Assembly (NCBI RefSeq): GCF_009914755.1
Contig: NC_060927.1
Reading direction: 5' to 3' (one strand)
Source: the human T2T-CHM13v2.0 reference genome, Homo sapiens
Length of the DNA: 64,000 bases
Shown: positions 53,820 through 64,000 of the stretch, one piece after another
Layout: every line of letters starts with the position of its first letter
How positions within the stretch are numbered: the first letter of the stretch is position 1
Position numbers and translations under genes: made by a program
Notes under the pieces: model-generated
What the model was told of the DNA's origin: nothing
What the model saw: only the letters and a program-made list of their open reading frames with translations
Databases searched by the model: none

Positions 53820-54720
53820 TCCTCAAGACACAGAAAATCTCTATTTTATGCAAATTCCTCTATTGATTAGAAAAAGAGAGATTCTTCCTAACTTATACAG
53901 CTAATAAGCTTAACACCTACTTTACACAAGGGTAGTATAAAAAGGACAAATCAAACCATTTTTATATTTGAACAAGGACATCATAGTCCTAAAGAAAACA
54001 GAAGCTTAAGCACAATGATGTGCAAAAACGAATGCAGCATGACCTGGTTGGATTTATCCCATGGATTGAAGGATATTTTAACATAAAATCTTTTTATATA
54101 ATTCATCACCTTAGCCAATTAAAGGAGAAATATGATCATTTCAATAGATGCAGAAAATTCCTTTGATAGATTTTAACACCTACCCATGGTAAAAACTGTT
54201 GGCAAAGTAAAAATAGAACACAATGTCCTTAAAACAGTAAAGGATATATTCAAAAAACATACTTCATTGTGAAAGTTTAGAAGAATTGAAAGACATGACA
54301 AGATGCCCACTACCACTACTTTGTTCAACGATTTGTTTGATGCACTCATTCTACAGATGGAAAACATTTAAGAATGGAAAGGAAATAAAATTGTTATTTA
54401 GAGATATTATTATCTGTGTAGAAAATCCAAGATAAAGAATAAGCTATCCAAATCAATAATAGAATTCAGCATATCACTGAACACAACCAATTTACAAAAG
54501 CCAGTAGTAATTCTATCTCCCAACAAGAAACAATTGAAAATTATAATTGAAAGAAAATTCCATTTAATAATATCATTAAAAAGCACAGGGGCCTAGGAAA
54601 AATGTCCTGCAAAAATTTTAGAAAATAATCACAAAACTTTATTAAAGATCAAAAACTAAAACTTAAATTACCATTTACATAGATGAAAAACTTCAATACT
54701 AAAATGGATGAATGTATATC
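53820..54720 (+). mobile_element. L1ME-type ORF2 (RT region) fragment
   Basis: 'tatgatcatttcaatagatgcagaaaattcctttgat' (MIISIDAEK), 'gacaagatgcccactaccactactttgttcaac' and 'ttatctgtgtagaaaatcc'. Confidence 0.75.
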
Positions 54721-55028
54721 ATTAATAAACTAATACAAGAATTGTCTAAATGACTAATTCAGTTTAAAATTTTTATTGATAATGTGTTTTTCTCAGTCTT
54801 GTTTAGGAAATCCATATGTACCCTATCATCATAGATAGTATATTCTTTTAAATATTTTTAAGTATTTGATTTTTATATTCTCTTTTTATCAACCTGGATT
54901 TGAATTTGTATATGGTATAATGATAGGGTGTATATGGATTTCTGAAACCTGGCAGGATAAGCTATTAAAAAATACTAAACATATTGATTTATTTAATAAT
55001 AAATTTCTGTAAGATATAAGAAACCAGG

Positions 55029-55356
<328 letters not shown>

Positions 55357-55969
55357 CTATCTACATCTTATATAAGGGATGGGTAGTTTATATTATGTGC
55401 CTGAAGTCTGGAAATAGGAAAACTTTGTACAGATTATCTTTTAAAAATTAAATCTGCAGTGAAATTTGCTTGAAATCTAATATTTGTAAAATATTAATAT
55501 TTGTAAAATAGTAGTACAGAGTACTAAATAAGTGGATTGTATAACTTCAGTTGGAATGAAAGAAGCAATGAGCATTGGAGTAATAATTGCACTAAAAACC
55601 ATATCAAGACATGGGTTATTTTCCTTCTGAAGGAAATACTGGAGAAATGCTGTAGTTGATGTCGATTTGAGCAAGACATTTGGCAGTCATTCACAATGGC
55701 ATTATTGACAAATGAAGTTCCAGGATTGTTCAATAATGGATCAATGTCTACTTTAATAGAATTCTCAAATATATATTATATAGCTCTACTCATAGAAATA
55801 TCATGTTTTAGTTTGATCAATACAGTTGATAAACATATAAAACAATTTTATTAAAATCAAGAAGAATTCAAATATGGAACATATAAATAATTCAATAAAA
55901 CAAACATAACATCTGCCCAAGATGAAGATTTATTTTGTTGCTTTAGATAAAGTTCTTGAAAACTAATAG

Positions 55970-57330
55970 AAAAGCTATGACAAGCATATCAAATCATGCT
56001 AAGGCTGAATCTTTTGAGAGAATTATTTTTGACTGGGAGAATAATTCACTAAGAATATAGTAGTTGGGCAGTGGCTTGTTGGAAGGGTAGGGTTTAGTAA
56101 ACGGAGTGGAGTGAGAATGGTTGCAGGTGAAGACACTGCATGTGAACAAAAGGCATAGAGGTGAGAAATTGAGATACATCGTCACAAATGGCTTAAATGT
56201 GACATCTAGGGATCAAATTAAAATTATCTTGAATGCCTTGTTACAGATTTGGGGCTTCATTTATTAAACAATGGAATTGAATGTAATTGAACATAAAGAT
56301 TATTCTTGCAGGAGAATGTATGATGTATTAGATTAGTGAGAGACATTGTAAGGAAGACAATAATTCTAACAAAATAGAATTTCTTTCTGAGCTGTGACAT
56401 TAGTGATGGGTGGGATTGATGTGAGAAAAACCACAGGGGTCATTAGATCTGTAATATTTGTACATGGAAAAATTATTAATTTAACCAATATCCATTGATT
56501 GGCAAGTAATGGAGATAAAATAGTGAACAAAACTGTGCAAAATCCCTGCTTTTAAAGACCTTATTTAAATGAGGAGGAGAGAAAGATAATTAACAAAACC
56601 CACAAATACAACTTATAATACATTAAAAAACAAATGCTGCAGAAAAACGTGAAGCAATGAAGAGAGAATAGGAAGTGTGAGATTTGGGGAGCGGGGGGAT
56701 GTGCAGTTTTATGTAAACTGATCAGAAAAGGTCTCATTCTGAAGATGATATTTAAGTAAAGACACGAAGGAGGTGAGGGAGTCCCCTGGGATATTTTGGA
56801 AATAGTCTTTCTTGTTTGAAGGAATGGCAAGAACAAATGTCCTGAGACAGAAGCATATCGGAAGAACATCAGGGCCAGTGGGGCTTGGGGGATTGAGTGA
56901 GTGGGCGACAAGGTCAGAGAGGTACTGGAGTGCACCTCCTATGTAAGGCCAGTGAAATGTAAAGGCTTTGGTTTTTACTTCATGGCACATAAGATACATT
57001 GGAGAAATTTGATCAGATAAGTGTTATGGTCTGACTTGTTTGTTAACAGCATCTCTCTGGCTACTGTTTTGAAAATAGATTGAATGGAACAAAGAGGAAG
57101 CAGTGAGAACAGTTAGGACTTTACTAGAAGAAGCACCTGAGAACAGTGAACGTTATCCTGGCAATTTAATTTGGAACATGTATGACTGTTAATTTGGTGA
57201 ATCCCATAGAAATATTAGGAAGAATAACAGATTTGTGGTAAAGATAATAATGCTGGTGTTGTATCATGTTGAGTTGTAAGTGCAGATAGCGCAGATAGAG
57301 CTTTCGGGTGGATTTAGTAATCTCGTTTTA
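55970..57330 (-). mobile_element. L2 fragments (L2a-like core ~56470-57130)
   Basis: 'ggagataaaatagtgaacaaaac...aggtctcattctgaagatgatatttaagtaaagac...atctctctggctactgt'. Confidence 0.75.
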
Positions 57331-57385
57331 CAAGTCATCTTCACCCAGAGCTTATTGATCAGTACACAAATTATGTGGAAATGTA

Positions 57386-57761
57386 AGTCTTAGTGAATTT
57401 TGGGTCACCATAAAGGAATGAATACCTGAGACTGGGTAATTTACAAAGAAAAAAATGGTTTATTTGGCTCAGGATTCTGATGGCTAGGAATTTCAAGACT
57501 GGGCATCTGGTGAGGGCCTCAGGCTATTTCCACTCCTGATGCAAGGCACAGAGGGCCTGGGGAGATGCTAGGTTCTTTTTAACAACCAGATCTTCGGAGA
57601 ACTGATAGAATGAGAACTCACTCACCCTTGAGGGGAGATATTATTCTGTTCATGAGGGATGTACCTTCTTGGCTCAAATACCTTCCATTAGGCCCACCAC
57701 CAGCATTGGGGATCAAATTTCAACATGAGGTTTGACAGAGAGAAACATCCAAACTATAGCA
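57386..57761 (-). mobile_element. MST(B/C)-type MaLR solo LTR
   Basis: 'aatacctgagactgggtaatttac...cattggggatcaaatttcaacatgagg...caaactatagca'. TSD atgta/atgtg. Confidence 0.85.
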
Positions 57762-59287
57762 ATGTGTTTGTGAAAAACTGTTGAAACTTCAAAGAAAAGA
57801 GTGTTAACGAGTAAGAAAAATAACTGTTTTTAAACCATTTGAAAGCTATCAGACAGAAGACAAGTTAAATATTTTCTTCTGCTAATCTCTCTTTCATTGA
57901 CAAGTGATCTGAGGCTCTGGACTCAGACCAACGTGATGTGGTATTCAGATAGCCTTGGGCAGGTTAGGATCACAGCGTCTCTGAAAAGTTCATGGTGGGA
58001 ACCCTCCAAAAAAGCATTAAATCCAAATGAGATCAGGAAAAGAGAGACACTCTGGATACACAGCAAATTGTGCCCAAGAAGCCTTGACTAGGAAGAAGAT
58101 TTCACGAAAGAGGTAAGAAGCAGACATGCCAGAAGTAATTCATCTAACAATTAGCAGACAGACTCAGTAGTGGCTTTTGGTAGACTCGAGCTACATGTGA
58201 CTCGGGCTGGGATGTGTGTCAGAAGGTTAAAAGGCACAGCCAGTAAGTAAGCTTAGAAGAGAATGTGAAAGATAAAATTTCAGTTGTTTTTCAAAAATAT
58301 GTTTCCCATAAATAGACTGTGTTGCTTTGAGAGCATTAAAAATACTGATAAACTAAAATGGAGGGCTGCCTATCAGAAATAATTTTAAATGGGTATTTCA
58401 ACAGAGGTAAGGAAATAGAGTTCATGATTTCTATGTTATTCTCCAATTCTAAAAATACGTGACTGGGAGACTTCTGTATCTTATATTGAGCACAAAGATT
58501 GCTTGTGATAGCTGCTGCCTTTTATGATTATTTATTTGTTTATTTTTTACTTTTTCATAGACTTAAACAGGAGAAACTAAATAATTGCTGTTCTTTTGTT
58601 GAGTACTACCTAGGTAGAGAAGTTTACCATGAAATTATAAAATTCTATATTTCAGGCTGATTATTTAGGAATAAAGTAGAGATAAAAATGTGATTCTCAG
58701 CATAACCTTGGAATTCACTCACTAAATTTATATACTAATATCGAACTTGAATTTACTTAGTCCTGGTATGAAGAATTCTTTTGAATGAGGCTTCTATTGA
58801 ATGAAAATATGGATGTTGTCAGAAAGAATAAGTTTACCCAGGAAACATGTCCAATGATAATATTTTAGACAGGCTTGTCAGGACCCTTAGAGAATTGTGA
58901 AAATTGAGAATGGCAATACATAATGGAGGCAATCTATGAAACAATTAATAAGCTATCCATCACTCATTTGTTTAACACTAAATAGTCTCAGTAGTTTCAT
59001 CTGCTGACAAAACATCTTGTAAACAACCACTGGGACATTTAGGATTTGGAAAATGTCGCTGGAGAACTGCCTTTTTCTCTAATAAATGGAGCAAAGAAAT
59101 ACTTATTAAATCTCCTCCGTAAGGAGATATAGTATGTATGTTTATGTGTGGCCCAGAATTTGTGGTGCTTAAGACTTGACCCCTGCTGTCTAGGAAATGG
59201 CTGTTTTGTAGAGAAGGTAAAAATATAAAAAATAATTACAAAACCAGGCACTATATGCTCTGTGCCATATGATATTCAGTGTTATGC

Positions 59288-59620
59288 AGAGTCTCATAGT
59301 CATGTCACCTACATAGAATAACCTGGAATACTTTTTAAAAATATCTCTTGACTTGATTCAGTCCACATCCATGGAACCAAAAACTGTGTGGAAATTAGGA
59401 ATGTGTATTTTTAAAACTCATTTGATGTTAGATATGTACCCCCAAAGTTACATGATAAGTGTTGCAGTAGTTTTCAGGAGGAAGATTGCTTCTAGTTAAT
59501 TCTGTGGTTCTCAATCTTGGCTTCACACAGGAATTAGTTGGAAGGCTTCACTGATGTTTAGGTCTCACCCTCAGAGATTCTGATATAATTGTTCCAGATT
59601 GCAGCCTGGACACTGATTAT
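59288..59620. mobile_element. Two adjacent MER5-type (hAT-Charlie) fragments
   Basis: 'tagaataacctgga...ggaatgtgtatttttaaaa' and 'gtggttctcaatcttggc...ccctcagagattctgat'. Confidence 0.6.
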
Positions 59621-59769
59621 TCACAACCAAACATAGTAGATGTTATATTCCAAATGTTATAGTCTGTGTATAAGACCATTCATGATATCATACATCTAAT
59701 ACTCGATCCGCTAGCCATATTGAACTACTTGAAGACTCCAAAGTCGTGATAATGATGACAATTAAAATA

Positions 59770-59990
59770 ATAGTAATGTTTAATATGTATTTCGTTATCA
59801 TTATGTGCCAACTATAAATTTGTTTATCTTCATGAAACTCCTTTGATATGAATGCTATTATTATTACCATTTTATAGATGAGGAACAGAGACAAAGTGAC
59901 TTGGCTATGTCTACATGGTTAATAGGTGACCAAACTGGGATTTGAACCCAAGCATTCTGGCTCTACAGTGCACACTGTTACATTATGCCA
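59770..59990 (-). mobile_element. MIR
   Basis: 'ccattttatagatgaggaacagagac...ctgggatttgaacccaagcattctggctc'. Confidence 0.85.
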
Positions 59991-60029
59991 CTCACGCATA
60001 TACTCTATTTCCCCCATGCCTGCCTCATA

Positions 60030-60960
60030 TGATTGAACTCTGTCATATGTGTTTATATTGCCTTGAGATATCTTCCTCTAACCTCCTGTATGATGACTGT
60101 TTACCCATTTTCAGTTCATAGTTTAATGTGACTTCCCTACAGGAATTTTTCCCTACTTCCTACTCTGAGGAGTGATGCTTCTATTGCAGTTAGTTGCCAA
60201 AGACTTTAATTTTTTTTTCTTTGTCTGTCCACATTACTGTGTGAGTTCCTTGAAGAAAGAGACTATGCTACATTTATTTTTGTAGCTCCCTTAACAATGT
60301 CTGCAACATAGTCGCCACTCAATATTTGTTGACTAAGTAAATAATTTAATGGAGGAATGCATCATTGAATGTATGGGAAAGTAAAGGTGTGTTTTGGTCT
60401 TTTAAGTAAGTTAATTGAACTGGTTTATTAAGAAGTAAAGCCAAAAATATTTCAGAAGCCATTACCAAGCTGCTTTAGTTCCTGACTGGGGTTTGGATTT
60501 CATTTTCAGATAGTAGGGGATTATTGAGGATTTTAAGTAAGGGAGTCAGATAATATACCCTGTTTCTACCAATAACACTTGATAAACTCAGGGGACCAGC
60601 TAGGAAATCCTGTGAACAAGCCTTAAACATCCCAAGCCATCTTGGATACAATGCCATCTCTATCAGGGGAGGCCTACCTCCATCTAACTAAATACACATT
60701 GTCAACTATGGTGGTGGACAGAAATGAGCAAAATGTGAGGGATGAAGGAGTGGTGCTAAGCCCAGTTCCAAGAGGTGAGGTATATATAAAATTAGTTGCA
60801 AATGGCCTGCAAAGCATAGCATATTATCTGGCCCTTTACAGAAGTGTGACTGACTGGAAGTGTTAAAAGCATAGGGATTAATTAAGCGACTTATATAGGA
60901 TATTACAATCTATATGAAGTAATGAAGGTATGAATGAGGTAATAAAGGTATTTTATCATG
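60030..60960. mobile_element. L2 fragments (plus ~60030-60340, minus ~60480-60960)
   Basis: 'tgtgagttccttgaaga...cactcaatatttgttga' and 'gggattattgaggattttaagtaagggagt'. Confidence 0.6.
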
Positions 60961-61955
60961 GAGCCTTTTAAAATTGAATCTATCAAAGTTAATGCCATCT
61001 CGGAATAAACGACTAGGAGTATAGAGCATAAAGGGTGAAGGGTTATAGTAAGTAAGGGTAGAGGTTCTGTAGAGAGTACTCACAGGGTTAGTCTGGTCTA
61101 GAGAAGGACTAGTAAGTTCAATTCGAGCAGAGCTGTGAGATCAGATGTAGTACATGGGAACATGTGCTGGTACTGAGATAGAACCAATAGATGACCCAGA
61201 ATTGGAAAGAATTAAAGGAAAGTATAGGAATTCCTCTTCTGACCACAGTAGACACTTAAAAATGATTACTAAATTAACTAGACTGGAACTGACAGAAGAA
61301 TCAAGCGATCTTTAAATCCAGGTAAACTATAGAGAGTAAGGTCCTAAGAACCAAGAAATGTTATGCAAGAATGGGCACATCTCAAACAGCCTAGGTTCAG
61401 GGGAGTAACCTCAGTCAGCCTTAATATGAGCCACTGAGTCCTATACAACTTGCATTTGTAAGACACTAAATGCACTTTCACATGATATTTTATTTATATT
61501 TCTTACAGAAATCTGATAATGTAGTTTAAGCAGACATTATGCCTTCCATTTTACATTTATCCGAATGAGGGATCATGAGTATCTTCTCAGAGGCAAATTT
61601 ACCTTATAGCTGAAAAAGCTTAACCTTCAGAGTACCTCATTTTCATGTGTCTCTTTCAAAGCCCTGTATCTCTATCTTAGAGAAACGCTCAAATTATATA
61701 ATTTCAGGACAAACACAATCTTGATCTTCCCTTGTGTTTCACCTAACCTAGATGGCATTGGGTGGGTCTGTAACATCAGAACCAGGGTTCTTTCTGTTAT
61801 AACACAGTGTCCACTGTCTGCCTTTGGCGTCATTCATGGCTAGGTAGTAACCAACACCTAGGGGGCTTACTACATATGAGATGACAAAATTCAAAGCAGC
61901 CAGCAAGTGCAAAAAGCATGTTACAAGGAAAGCAGCAGATTCTGACATAACTATC

Positions 61956-61957
<2 letters not shown>

Positions 61958-61989
<32 letters not shown>
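61958..61989. repeat. (CA)n microsatellite
   Basis: Seen directly in the sequence. Confidence 0.95.
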
Positions 61990-61991
<2 letters not shown>

Positions 61992-62114
61992 CAGATTAAG
62001 AAAACTACCTGAATCCCTAAAAAGAGATAGTTTATCAAGATTTACAAATTTAATATTTCTTTCGAATGATTTAGTACATGAATGGCTAAAAATAGGTTTC
62101 ATATTTGCTCTGGT

Positions 62115-62166
62115 ATTCACAAACACCAGACTGCAATTCACAAACACCAGACTGCAATTCACAAAC
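62115..62166. repeat. 21-bp tandem repeat, 2.5 copies
   Basis: attcacaaacaccagactgca x2 plus attcacaaac. Confidence 0.95.
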
Positions 62167-62899
62167 GTGATTGCTATGAGACTACTGAAAATGAATATTA
62201 GTTATTAGAGAAAAGAAGGTGGAGTTGTCACTTGTGAAGAAGGGGCATTCCTCTACTACTCCCATTTATTTTCCTCTTTAAAAGACTTTAATAAGTGCAT
62301 CATTACAGAATGGCATAAAATATGACAAAAAAATCACTAAACTGTGTAACTGCTTAAATAAGGAGAGGAATAAATGTCCACTTTCTAAGTCATTATGTCA
62401 TTATACACTGAAATGAGAAGAAAATCTTTGCATTTAGTTTTGAAAAACATCTTGAATATAACAATCAATAATAAGAAAGAAATATTTCTTATAATTATTG
62501 CTTCAAAAAGGTATGCTCAGAAAAATGAAATCCTTTTCTAATTTTTACCTGATACTAAATTTTATTTAGCCTGTTTTATATGTCAATTATGTATTTCTGT
62601 ATGTATTTAAAGATTCTAGGTTTCATTGTAATGGAGTGATTATCATGGGTACTTTTTTTTTCTTTATAAACCTTTCCAAGGGTAATGATACCTTCACTTT
62701 CTTCCATTGCCCTCTCTACCATTTAAAATTTTTGTTACTTTCTTAAAAATTTCCCCCCTTTGGGAAATAATGAAGATGATTCTGCTTAGCTGTGTAGACT
62801 CCTGATTCGTAGTAGTGGAATGGGAACTGGGCCAACACATTTAATTTGCATTTCTCCTAGAAAATGTTGCAGACTAACTCTTTAAAAAGCACCAAATCA

Positions 62900-63080
62900 G
62901 AGATATATTCTAGGCAACTTGCATCAGAATGGCCTGGGTTGCCTATTAAATATGAAAGTTACTGTGTTCTAGCCAAAAACCTATTGAACCTGACCCTCTG
63001 AGGATGTAGATTAGGGACATCTATTTTTAACAAACAAACTTCCCAAGTGATTCTTATTCACATTAAAGTCTGAGAACACA
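62900..63080. mobile_element. MER5A
   Basis: 'gcatcagaatggcctggg...ttttaacaa...cccaagtgattcttattcacattaaagtctgagaac'. Confidence 0.75.
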
Positions 63081-64000
63081 AGCTTATATATAGCCTACCT
63101 CATTTAAGTCCTAGGAGTGTTGCAAATGTATTATGATACAGTTGCAAAGAATAAAAGAATGCCCCTCATCCATAGGGGGAACTTGGGAAATCTTAGCTTA
63201 AAAACCTCTACCAATTAAGATTCATGAGTAGAAATGGTTTGTTTATAGAAAGATTTTGCCTGGGTCATTAATTTTTAGGAAGGCTTATAATCTTTTAGGA
63301 GTTAGATTCATATGGAAATACACAAGGGTTTGCAGACTGACACTAAAATGAACAGCTGAGTGCTTAAGTGTGGTAGGAGACATTAAGAAAACAGAATGCT
63401 TGTTAGATAAAATGTAATGTTGAGGAACAACTGTCCTCCAGGTATCTATTTCCTTATAAAACACTTGCAAATGATTTTTCTAATAGCAAATCATGTATAC
63501 AGTTTTTCAAGACTATAAGTATATTAAATAGCATTTTCATATTTTTCCTTTGGCAGCACTCCTTTGATTTCTTTATTTTTAAGTAAAAATAATGTATTTC
63601 CTAGGGGATGACAATAATGAAAAGCTTAGTACCTAAAAAATATAGCAAAGGGCAAGCATAGGCACTTTAGAAACTCAATTTTGCATTTTTAACTTGGGAA
63701 GATTTTGATCTGATGTAATATAAGTTGGTATTTTAATTTCCAAATGTATTTAATTTTGTACACTTAAAATATATTCTAAACTTACATATTCTATACTTAT
63801 GATTTGCCTAATATTATTAAAACTTTCTTCTGCAAAAGATGTTTAATATTACTGTAACCAGAATACCATCATTCCAGTACCTTGATGATTTAGAGAAAAT
63901 CGAGATTAATGCTTTACACAGAATATTAGAACATGTTATTCATCTTGTGACAGCTGATATTATTGCTGGAGTAGACAATACAGCATCGCAAACCTACCTT

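Noticed and set aside
62115-62166. Short direct repeats as a possible CRISPR-like array
   Set aside because: Head-to-tail tandem copies with no spacers, in eukaryotic DNA.

Overview
AT-rich primate genomic DNA, most likely human or another ape (AluY-, L1PA4- and LTR13-type repeats are present). I found no recognisable host protein-coding exon, RNA gene or CpG island, so the window looks intergenic or deep intronic. It is dominated by interspersed repeats: a full-length Tigger1, a full-length ~6.4 kb L1PA8A-like LINE-1, several truncated or rearranged L1s, 7 Alus, an LTR13 (HERV-K HML-4) solo LTR, MaLR/ERV1/ERVL LTRs, MER85, MER58 and MER5 MITEs, and old L2/MIR debris. The only long ORFs that resemble known proteins are L1 or Tigger remnants. 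The best observation is an L1PA4 insertion (38893-40885) that carries ~580 bp of foreign DNA with ~35-bp periodicity (beta-satellite/BSR-like) between two poly(A) tails inside a single target-site duplication, i.e. an L1 3' transduction. The second is an L1MA copy (45786-46859) in which the 5'UTR is fused directly to the 3' end at a splice-like junction, again inside one TSD. These are locus-level events of known mechanism classes; I cannot support a wholly new biological system. Repeat family names come from recalled consensus motifs, not from a database search.
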